NCBI GenBank assembly: GCA_047284725.1
Contig: JBJBEO010000001.1
Coordinates: 2,360,203-2,424,202 of the forward strand
Length of the DNA stretch: 64,000 bases
Direction of reading: 5' to 3'
From: Synechococcus sp.
Lineage (GTDB): Bacteria > Cyanobacteriota > Cyanobacteriia > PCC-6307 > Cyanobiaceae
Positions 1-9,722 of the stretch are shown here, one piece after another; positions within the stretch are counted from its first letter, which is position 1, and each line of letters begins with the position of its first letter. A program made the translations under genes and the position numbers. The notes beneath the pieces were generated by a model, which saw only the letters and a program-made list of their open reading frames with translations, ran no database searches and had not been told where the DNA came from.

Positions 1-737
1 AGCTGAATGGTGCGAGGCAATCCGGACAGCAGGTGCAGACCGCGGACATCCATCACCGTCTGATCAAACTCGTTGTCAGGAAAAGCGGAACCGATGCGGA
101 TCTTGATCTCCTCTGCGGTGCGCTCACCCACCACCAGGTTGTGCACCTTCTTGAGATACACGCCGATCGCATCACTGATCTCATCACCCGCCACACGAAC
201 GGACTCACTCAACACGGTTCCACCCAGGCTGAGCACCGCCACTTCCGTCGTGCCACCACCGATGTCCACAATCATGGTCCCCACGGGTTCGGTCACAGGC
301 AGACCGGCACCGATGGCAGCGGCCACCGGCTCGTCGATCAGATGCACTTCCCGTGCACCGGCCAGACCCGCTTCCCGCACGGCGCGGCGCTCAACACCGG
401 TGACCCCGCTGGGAATCCCCACCACCAATCGAGGGGCGACGATGCCGCGGCCTTCATTACCCTTCTGAATGAAGGTCTTGAGCATCTGCTCTGCTGCATC
501 AAAATCGGCGATGACGCCATCGCGCAGAGGGCGCACAGCTTTGATGTTGCCTGGAGTACGACCAAGCATCAACTTGGCTTCATCTCCCACAGCGAGGGGC
601 AGATTCCGCTCAAGGTCGAGGGCAACCACCGAAGGCTCCTGAAGCACGATGCCGCGACCGGATACGTAAATCAGAGTGTTGGCCGTGCCCAGGTCGATGC
701 CGATGTCGCGGGACAGCTGGAAACGCCGAAAAAGCAC
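1..737 (-). CDS. mreB: Rod shape-determining protein MreB (5' part; runs off the window start)
   Basis: Not in the ORF track. Manual minus-strand translation from GTG at 737 gives (M)[26 protein letters not shown], the MreB DLGTANT phosphate-1 motif, and later [13 protein letters not shown] 33..743 (+) is its antisense shadow. Confidence 0.95.
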   Translation of the reverse strand, partial: MLFRRFQLSRDIGIDLGTANTLIYVSGRGIVLQEPSVVALDLERNLPLAVGDEAKLMLGRTPGNIKAVRPLRDGVIADFDAAEQMLKTFIQKGNEGRGIVAPRLVVGIPSGVTGVERRAVREAGLAGAREVHLIDEPVAAAIGAGLPVTEPVGTMIVDIGGGTTEVAVLSLGGTVLSESVRVAGDEISDAIGVYLKKVHNLVVGERTAEEIKIRIGSAFPDNEFDQTVMDVRGLHLLSGLPRTIQ

Positions 738-884
738 GGATGAAGGCTCAGATCGGCGAATCATAGGGGTGTTGGCAACACCTTTCTGGGACCGTTTTGA
801 GACATCCGGACAGGAGGGTGGAACTCCTTAAAAGCAGCCACGAAAGCCGTGGCGCATCATTGATCAACGCAGAGGAGGAAATCC

Positions 885-1268
885 ATGGGCGTCAATTCCG
901 TCACCCTGGTAGGCCGAGCAGGCCGCGACCCCGAAGTTCGTTACTTCGAATCCGGCAGCATGGTGGCCAATCTCACCATGGCCGTGAACCGCCGCAGCCG
1001 CGACGACGAGCCGGATTGGTTCAACCTGGAAATCTGGGGTAAACAGGCGCAGGTGGCCGCCGACTACGTCAAGAAAGGATCCCTGCTGGGCATCATCGGC
1101 AGCTTCAAGCTTGACCGCTGGACTGACCGCAACAGCGGCGAGGAACGGACCAAACCTGTGGTTCGTGTCGACCGTCTGGAGCTCCTGGGCTCCAAGCGAG
1201 ACAACGAAGCCGGTGGTGGCTTCGGCGGTGGGGGCGGCAGCCCCAGCGACGAAGAAGTGCCGTTCTGA
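885..1268 (+). CDS. ssb: Single-stranded DNA-binding protein
   Basis: VNSVTLVGRAGRDPEVRY OB-fold start, Gly-rich linker, acidic C-terminal EEVPF; GAGGAGG Shine-Dalgarno upstream. Confidence 0.97.
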   Translation: MGVNSVTLVGRAGRDPEVRYFESGSMVANLTMAVNRRSRDDEPDWFNLEIWGKQAQVAADYVKKGSLLGIIGSFKLDRWTDRNSGEERTKPVVRVDRLELLGSKRDNEAGGGFGGGGGSPSDEEVPF

Positions 1269-1272
1269 CGTC

Positions 1273-1932
1273 TCAGTCTGCGGACTGGCGACGGCGCCAG
1301 ATCCGCAGACCCAGCCAAAGGCTGCCAGCAACCAAGGCAATCCCGAGCACGACCTTGATGGCCTTCGAAACCGGATCGATCCAGATCTCCACACTGCTGT
1401 AGCTCTCACCCAGCAGCAGGCCAGCCAGGGTGAGAAGCAACGTCCAGATCAGGCTGCCGGCCGTGGTCCAGATCAAAAAGGGGAGCATCGGCATCATTTC
1501 GATGCCCGCAGGAACAGAAATCAGGGTGCGAATGCCCGGCACCAGACGCCCCCAGAACACCAACGCCGTACCGAACCGATTGAACCAGCTGCGGCTACGG
1601 CCCAACTCGGCCGGGCTGATGCCGATCCAGCGGCCATGGCGCTCAAGCCACTGTTCAATGCGTTCTTCATTGATCACCCGCCCGATGCCATACCAGGGGA
1701 GGGCACCGAGCACCGTGCCCAGCAGGCCGGCCAGCACGACTGGAACAAACTGCAGCTGGCCCTGATGCACCAGAAACCCCCCCAGGGGCATGATCAGCTC
1801 AGAAGGGATCGGTGGGAAGAGATTCTCCAGGAACATGGCCGCAAAGATGGCGCCATATCCGGCCAGGGGATTCACTGCCACCGCGTCCTTGATCAACTCG
1901 GGCAGCTGGGTGATCAGTTCCGACAGTCCCAT
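1273..1932 (-). CDS. DedA family membrane protein
   Basis: LENLFPPIPSELIM and GRLVPGIRTLISVPAG DedA motifs; hydrophobic segments. Confidence 0.92.
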   Translation of the reverse strand: MGLSELITQLPELIKDAVAVNPLAGYGAIFAAMFLENLFPPIPSELIMPLGGFLVHQGQLQFVPVVLAGLLGTVLGALPWYGIGRVINEERIEQWLERHGRWIGISPAELGRSRSWFNRFGTALVFWGRLVPGIRTLISVPAGIEMMPMLPFLIWTTAGSLIWTLLLTLAGLLLGESYSSVEIWIDPVSKAIKVVLGIALVAGSLWLGLRIWRRRQSAD

Positions 1933-1972
1933 GGAGAGCCGTAAGGGAGTCGTCAGTGTTTCACAGGCCTAC

Positions 1973-2000
1973 AAAAAGCCAGGCCGCTCAGCGACCTGGC
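1973..2000 (-). terminator. Rho-independent terminator downstream of ahcY
   Basis: Minus strand reads GCCAGGUCGC-UGA-GCGGCCUGGC-UUUUU: a 10-bp stem with one G-U pair followed by a U5 tract. Confidence 0.75.
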
Positions 2001-2049
2001 CATCCTCGAGCGCGCATGAACAGAGCCCTACGAGCCGATCAGGACATGA

Positions 2050-3480
<1,431 letters not shown>

Positions 3481-3506
3481 GATGAATAAAGCTCCCTGGG
3501 GAGAAC

Positions 3507-4022
3507 GTGAACGGAAATCTCTGCAGAGTCGCCGAGGCTTCGGGCTCGCCAGGAGGCCAATCTACAGAGAGCCGTTGGGTACTCGAGAACCTGGCGGCCA
3601 CCCATCGACTTGGGCAAACCCTGGCCAGGCGACTGCCTGCAGGAGCCGTGCTGTTACTGAGAGGCGAGCTGGGGGCAGGCAAAACGTCGCTGGTGCAAGG
3701 CCTTGCCCAGGCCATGGACATCCATGAGCCGATCACCAGCCCCACCTTTGCCCTGGCACAGCATTACCCCGAGGGAGAACCCGCGTTGGTGCATCTCGAC
3801 CTCTATCGGCTGGAACGTCCCGAAGCCGCCGATGATCTTTTCCTGCAGGAGGAAGAGGAAGCCAAAACCGTGAATGCCCTGCTCGTGGTCGAGTGGCCGG
3901 AACGCCTGAGCCTGAAACTGACGGATGCCTGGAACCTGAGGCTGGAGCATCTCCCCTCCGATCAAGGACGGATCGCGACTCTGCAGACACCCATGCAGGG
4001 CAGACAAGCACCCCTGATCTGA
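3507..4022 (+). CDS. tsaE: tRNA threonylcarbamoyladenosine biosynthesis ATPase TsaE (start uncertain)
   Basis: Walker [20 protein letters not shown] and VEWPE motifs. Confidence 0.95.
   Translation: MNGNLCRVAEASGSPGGQSTESRWVLENLAATHRLGQTLARRLPAGAVLLLRGELGAGKTSLVQGLAQAMDIHEPITSPTFALAQHYPEGEPALVHLDLYRLERPEAADDLFLQEEEEAKTVNALLVVEWPERLSLKLTDAWNLRLEHLPSDQGRIATLQTPMQGRQAPLI
3510..3576 (-). promoter_or_regulatory. Candidate structured 5' leader RNA upstream of ahcY
   Basis: Minus strand AACGG-C-UCUCUGUAGA pairs with UCUGCAGAGA-UUU-CCGUU around an inner CGAG/CUCG hairpin. G-U wobbles favour the minus-strand reading. Confidence 0.4.
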
Positions 4023-4130
4023 TCGAGGACCGCACGCACTCCAGCGGGGCGACACACGCCCAAACCAGCCACGCCAATTCCTCATAAAATACAACTTAAA
4101 AACCAGCCCAATCAGAAGCCAATCAACACC

Positions 4131-5288
4131 ATGACCCGGAGAAAGCTTCGCACGATTTTGTTCTTGGTTCTGACAACATTCATCGCCACAACGAGCCTGA
4201 CAGTCCCATCCAGCCTCGCCGAAAAAATACCTGGGCAAGCCAACAGAATAGGCAATCTATGGGAATTACATCAAAAGAACTCTCCATGCATCAGCCGCAG
4301 TGAGCTAGCGCCCTCTGCGTTACAGCCCCCTCGACCCACCAACAGCAAACTGCCGATTCCCGTTGGCATCAGCCTTCACGTCAACGAAATCCCGGAGATC
4401 TCCGATACGCGCAACCAATTCATCCTTGATGGCCTCCTGACGACAACCTGGTGTGACGCACGCGCAACGACCGAACAAACCAATGCCAACGACTACAAGG
4501 TGTTGTATGGGGGCGCAGCCGAAGACTGGCTGAACAATCACTGGTTTCCACAAGTAGAGTTTTCAAACAAAGTTGGCGAGTCTTTTTATCAGACACAATC
4601 CATCACATTGCACAGCAATGGAAGCATTGAATACGCAAGACGACTGCAAGAAAATCTGGGATCAGACTTCAGCCTGAACAAGTTCCCATTCGACAATCAA
4701 GCACTCTTGATTCAGCTTCAATCGTTCTCATGGCCAAGAACAGTCGTCAAGCTGATTTCACTGGGAGACGTTGTGAGCCTCGGCAAATCAACACGTCTAC
4801 CCGAATGGACCATCAGGGGACTCAACTATCAATTAAATGACCACGACGATCCCGAAAAAGGGAGCCTCGAGTACTCAAGGCTCGAAGCTCGCATCAACGT
4901 GTCACGCAAATACGGATATTATTTATATAAAATATTTATCCCCCTGGCCCTCCTGGGCTTTACAAGCATCTTTTTCCTGGCGATTCCGATTCACGAAATC
5001 GCCGATCGACTCGGCTTCATCTCAGGCCTTCTCTTTACAACCCTTGCTTATCAGCTTGTGATCACCAGCAACGTGCCTCGCGTGCCTTACTTCACACTTG
5101 GCGACACCTATACAATTGTCCTGTTTGGCTTCATGATCGCGGAGGTTTTGATCGCATACATCATCCACCGCAGCGTGAGCAAGTCAAAAGTGAAGGGAAT
5201 CCCCACCATCGAAAGAACCATGGAAATCATCTTGCCAGTAACATTTGGCATTTTCCAGATTGCATTTATTACCTATGCCCTGATTTAA
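4131..5288 (+). CDS. Prokaryotic pentameric ligand-gated ion channel (GLIC/ELIC-like) subunit
   Basis: N-terminal signal-like peptide; extracellular-domain hallmarks WFPQVEFSN, Pro-loop FPFD and EWTI; pre-M1 RKYGYYLYKIFIP; M2-M3 loop PRVPY; four C-terminal hydrophobic helices. Confidence 0.9.
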   Translation: MTRRKLRTILFLVLTTFIATTSLTVPSSLAEKIPGQANRIGNLWELHQKNSPCISRSELAPSALQPPRPTNSKLPIPVGISLHVNEIPEISDTRNQFILDGLLTTTWCDARATTEQTNANDYKVLYGGAAEDWLNNHWFPQVEFSNKVGESFYQTQSITLHSNGSIEYARRLQENLGSDFSLNKFPFDNQALLIQLQSFSWPRTVVKLISLGDVVSLGKSTRLPEWTIRGLNYQLNDHDDPEKGSLEYSRLEARINVSRKYGYYLYKIFIPLALLGFTSIFFLAIPIHEIADRLGFISGLLFTTLAYQLVITSNVPRVPYFTLGDTYTIVLFGFMIAEVLIAYIIHRSVSKSKVKGIPTIERTMEIILPVTFGIFQIAFITYALI

Positions 5289-5317
5289 GCCCTGCGGCGA
5301 CAACTGAATTTGAACGA

Positions 5318-6241
5318 TTAATAGTATTTTCTAAATCCCCTGCGCCTCAAGTAATCGATCCCCCTCGCCAGAAGCCCTATCTCATCGTCTCTTTCAGCAC
5401 CCGGGGGCACAACGGCACCATCGAGACATCGCTCGCTTTCAAGAAATCCACCCAATCGCGCCAGCGGCTGCACGATGAGATTTCTGAACAGCCAATAGGA
5501 TGCAACCGTTGCAACGATTAAAAGGAAGATCTGCAGCAACAGCAACATCGAGCTCTGCCAGGCAACAGCCAATGGATGGGCGGAAAGCTCAATGGCAACA
5601 ATTTGAGCACCAACAATATCGCCCATCTCCCAACCAAAGCCATTTTGATCGCCATAGCTTGCAACCTGGCTGCGCGGAGCTCTCTCAGGGACTGAGTGAC
5701 AAGCAAGACAGCTTTGCTTTGTAATCTTGATGGGCTGAGCAACATAAAAAATATTCTTTATGCCGCCCTTGTCCAAATAGCCTGCGCTACGCGTCGATTC
5801 AGGGTTTTTGATAAATCGACGAATCACTTGTGCCTCAGCCTCGGAAGCACGATCCACAGGATTCGTCGGATTCAAAGCCGCCTCTCGATAGGAATACCCC
5901 TTGTAATCGTCCTTCAAACGAAGGTACTCAAACACCTTAGTCGAAGAATAACTTGGCACAGCTTCAGGCAAGAAGACATCCGGCGATTCTGCATTGACCG
6001 GAGCAATTAATGGATTGATTTTTCGAGAGGTGTACTCCCTCACCGCGAGCATTGAATCCATCAAGTGCTCTGCCTGAAGCCGCGTATAAGCCAAGCCGAT
6101 CTGGTGCAGGCACGCCAGTGAAACAACAATTGCGACCACAAGAGCCGCAAAATTAACCGTAATTAAACGCGCCAGAAAACGCGTTTTCAGGGGAGAAACA
6201 ACGTCAAGATTCCCTGAACTTTCACCCTGATTCTTCGACAA
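5318..6241 (-). CDS. DUF3365/Tll0287-like c-type heme membrane sensor with terminal HAMP-like domain
   Basis: Two TM segments flank a domain with REAALNPTNP, CLACH (CxxCH) and GFGWEMGDIVGA. C-terminal QPLARL...RDDEIGLLARGI is HAMP-like, then a stop. Confidence 0.8.
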   Translation of the reverse strand: MSKNQGESSGNLDVVSPLKTRFLARLITVNFAALVVAIVVSLACLHQIGLAYTRLQAEHLMDSMLAVREYTSRKINPLIAPVNAESPDVFLPEAVPSYSSTKVFEYLRLKDDYKGYSYREAALNPTNPVDRASEAEAQVIRRFIKNPESTRSAGYLDKGGIKNIFYVAQPIKITKQSCLACHSVPERAPRSQVASYGDQNGFGWEMGDIVGAQIVAIELSAHPLAVAWQSSMLLLLQIFLLIVATVASYWLFRNLIVQPLARLGGFLESERCLDGAVVPPGAERDDEIGLLARGIDYLRRRGFRKYY

Positions 6242-6354
6242 CGAAATAAAGCCTCTTTCAAAATGATGCCAACACCATCACCAAAAGCGGCAATATTTTC
6301 ACGAATGCCCACACAACCATGATTTGTTCAAGAATCACGGAAGGAATGAGGTGG

Positions 6355-7416
6355 TCACTCAACCATCGAAGCCTCGATCTGGCTCTGACAGAGAAAACGG
6401 TCAACATCGTCTGCCGTGGGCTGTGGATCAATGCCTCCCGCATCGGTGCACACCAATGCTCCACAGGCCGCAGCAAAGCGAACCACCTCTTCCACCACCG
6501 TGGCAGACAGCTCGAAAGGCTCTCCGCCGCTGGGGACCAGCGTTAGAAGCTGGTGCAACAAACCCGCCGTGAACGCATCGCCAGCCCCTGTCGTGTCCAC
6601 CACCCTTGGTGGTACCAACACGGGCATGGACCCCCCGTGGCCAGCAATGCACCACCGCACCGGATTGCCGCCATCGGTGACCACCACATCCGGGGCAGCA
6701 GGCAGGCTCCTGCTGATGACCTCAGGCGAGTCATTGTTGAACAACCAGATCGCTTCCTCCCGCGCCACCTTGATCAACGCTGCCCGGTCAAGGAGGGGAG
6801 CCATTGTGGCCAGCACCTCTGGGGTTGGGCCAGAGAGGGGATCCGAGCGGGGATCCCAGAAGGTGGGTCGCCAGTTGACATCAAGGGCGAGATGGAGGAC
6901 CGACTGATCCACCTGCTCCATGGCCCAGTGCAAGGCCTCAGCCGAGTCAGGGGTCGCCAAGGGAATCGTGCCCACCACCAACCAACGCGCCGACGCCACC
7001 AGACCCGGCCAGGCCAGAGACAACTGACGGCGATTCAGCCACTGATCAGCAAAGCCCTTCCCCCCATCGCCGGCAAACCCCTGAAACAGCCGCTCACCAG
7101 CGGCATCACGACGCACCAACACCACCCGACTGGGGCGTAGCCGGTCGAGCTGCAGTCCTTGCAGATCGACCCCACGATCAGCGAGGAGCTCCCTGAAACT
7201 ATCGCCGATGGAATCCTGGCCCAGGCGGCCGATGAAGGCCACTGGCGTACCCAGCCGCGCCAGGGCACAGGCAACATTCGCCGGGGCCCCACCAAGCCGA
7301 TCGTCGCAATCCCCCGGAGCAGCGGTTGCGGGATCACCACCGAGGGGGCCCAACCGATCCACCAGAGCCTCACCCAGGCAGAGCACCTGAGGAGCAGCGC
7401 CTGCACGCATGGCCAT
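6355..7416 (-). CDS. PfkB family carbohydrate kinase (fructokinase-like)
   Basis: GGAPANVA, DVNWRPTFW and DTTGAGDAF PfkB signatures. Confidence 0.93.
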   Translation of the reverse strand: MAMRAGAAPQVLCLGEALVDRLGPLGGDPATAAPGDCDDRLGGAPANVACALARLGTPVAFIGRLGQDSIGDSFRELLADRGVDLQGLQLDRLRPSRVVLVRRDAAGERLFQGFAGDGGKGFADQWLNRRQLSLAWPGLVASARWLVVGTIPLATPDSAEALHWAMEQVDQSVLHLALDVNWRPTFWDPRSDPLSGPTPEVLATMAPLLDRAALIKVAREEAIWLFNNDSPEVISRSLPAAPDVVVTDGGNPVRWCIAGHGGSMPVLVPPRVVDTTGAGDAFTAGLLHQLLTLVPSGGEPFELSATVVEEVVRFAAACGALVCTDAGGIDPQPTADDVDRFLCQSQIEASMVE

Positions 7417-7699
7417 CAGCCGGGATCAACTGTCTGCAGCGTGGCCGACGGCATCAGAACTGCCAACTGCGCAAACCACTCAAGCCATCAACTTCAAGAA
7501 AACCTCAGCCACCGCGACCGGGCGACCCTGAATCTCGCCAGCCAAATGCCAACCATCAACAGCCCATGTCTCGAACCTTGAGCTCAGCAGAAAAAACCAG
7601 GGGAAACGACAGACAAAGGTGCATCGTTGATCACTCTTTTCACCCCACACGCATTGGCACAACACCACAACGAGTCAGGCCCAATCAATCAACCAGAAG

Positions 7700-7942
7700 C
7701 TAAGAGCTGCCCGCAGCCTGTTCATCAAGCAGTTCCGCAAGACGCCTGGCGAGATCATCACGAACTTCCGGATCTCCCACCAGTCTCAATTCACCAGTCT
7801 CAGGCCACCAATTGAGCTTGAGATTGCTGACGCCATCTTCAAACACTGCCATTTCGAAAGGTCCATGATGCTGCCAATGGCAGGGAACACCAAGCCGCTC
7901 GACGAGCACCTGCAAGGCCATCAGGCTTCCCTTGAATTGCAT
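7700..7942 (-). CDS. Small hypothetical protein (about 80 aa, probable start MQFKGSL)
   Basis: The 3' part of ORF 7700..8044 looks globular (HWQHHGPFEMAVFEDGVSNLKLNWWPETGELRLVG); no family recognised. Confidence 0.6.
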   Translation of the reverse strand: MQFKGSLMALQVLVERLGVPCHWQHHGPFEMAVFEDGVSNLKLNWWPETGELRLVGDPEVRDDLARRLAELLDEQAAGSS

Positions 7943-8066
7943 GCACATACAGCATGAGAAATCCATGCTAGTCAAAGCATGAGAGTGCGCCAGAAGGGCC
8001 AAAAGGCAACCAACACGCCTAATCACCGATCGTTCATCAATCACGCAGCTCTAAAGCTCCATCCCC

Positions 8067-9572
8067 ATGACAAGCAAGCCTCTGCTGACGAGCGAGCTCT
8101 CCTCGCTTTATGCGCTGTTTGACATCAATGGTGATGGGTCGATCACAGCGACTGAAGTCGAGCACGTGCTGACCGCGATGGCCCCCATCATTACGCGGGC
8201 GGAAGCAGACGCCCTCAGGCGACTGATCCGAGACCAACGCACCATCAATCGTGATGATTTTTTGGCTTGGGCACGACACCAACCCGAGCTGGGCACACAG
8301 CAAGTACTGAGAGACCTCTTTGATCTGCTCGATGCAGACCGCAATGGCTGGCTTTGCCGAGAGGAACTCTCCTGGATGCTGCGCATGCTCTTTCCAGACA
8401 GTTCTGCCAACGACGCACAGCGGCTCGCGGCACAACTTGACCGCGATGGAGATGGACAGATCAGTATCAACGAATTTCTCGATCTGCTGGACGAGTCGAT
8501 GGAGCTGGGCTGTTCCCTGGCTGATCTCAAACGTCTGAAAAAAAAAATTGATCCAGGTCCGAAGCGCCGCACAACTGAAAGGCGTGACACTGGTGGAGGT
8601 GGACTGCGACCTTGGAGCAGGCATCCCGGGTGCGAACTCAGGCATAGAACTTCTCAAAAACACCGTTCAACGGCACAGCGATCTGCTGCAACTGAGCGAG
8701 AGCCTGATCGAAGAGATTCGCACTGGAATTCGTGCTTCTACCAGTCGTGATGACCTCGGCACGACCATCAACACACCCCACGCTCGTCATATCGAAACCA
8801 TCACCAAGGTGATGCACGATGCAGCCGGCCTTGTTGCCACAACCCTTGAACAGGGCAGCTTCCCGCTGGTATTGGCTGGAGACCATTCCACGGCGGCTTC
8901 CACCATCGCAGGTATTCGGCGTGCTCATCCCCAGCAACGACTTGGTGTGATCTGGATCGATGCGCACGCCGACATTCATTCACCCTTCACCACACCCTCC
9001 GGAAACATGCACGGAATGCCGCTGGCGATTGCCTCGCGTCATGACAACCTGCCGGAAGCGATCAATGATCCCGACGCGACCACACGCTCGCTCTGGAACA
9101 ACCTCCAGCAACTGCATGGCTCCCAATCACCAGCCATCTCCTGCATGACCTGATTTATGTCGGCGTTCGAGACACAGAAAGTGCTGAAGACATCACGCTT
9201 GCCAAGCATGCGATTCCCGTGATCGGCACCGCAGACATTCGACGCGATGGGGCCACACATGTGGCCAAACTATGCCTGTCTTATCTCTCTGAGGTGGACC
9301 TGATCTACGTGAGCCTGGATGTGGATGCCCTGGACTCAACCATCTGCAAAGGAACGGGAACTCCTGTTCCTGAAGGGCTCTGGGCCCATGAAGCCATGCT
9401 GCTGATCAAAACCCTGCTGACAGACCCACGGGTGTGTTGCTGGGAAATCTGTGAGATCAATCCTCATCTGGATGTTCTCAACACCCTGGCGGAAGTTTCC
9501 TTGAGCCTCTATCGGGCAGGGATGGAAGTGCTAGCAGAACGCTTCACTCCCACCTCAGCAGAGATTGTCTGA
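8067..9572 (+). pseudogene. EF-hand (calmodulin-like)/arginase fusion interrupted by two frameshifts (or sequencing errors)
   Basis: EF loops DINGDGSITATE, DADRNGWLCREE and DRDGDGQISINE; arginase motifs GDHS, DAHAD, SGNMHGMP, YVGVRD, SLDVDALD and EINP spread over three frame segments. There is an extra A in A10 at 8538-8547 and a missing base near CC at 9140-9141. Confidence 0.85.
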
Positions 9573-9722
9573 AGCGAGCCACATGCCATCCAGGGAGTAT
9601 GGAGGTTGGGCATTGAGCAACGTGCTTCGAGCGCTGTCTCCTGACCAATCCTGTGTCTGCGACACATTCAAAAAGACTGCTCGGGTGGCCGTGGATCAAC
9701 AGGCGCGTGTTGGCAACACCGC

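Noticed and set aside
33..743. 236-aa plus-strand ORF
   Set aside because: Antisense shadow of mreB, which the ORF track missed because it runs off the window edge.
7417..7699. Small ORFs or a gene remnant upstream of pfkB
   Set aside because: No convincing frame, ribosome-binding site or motif.
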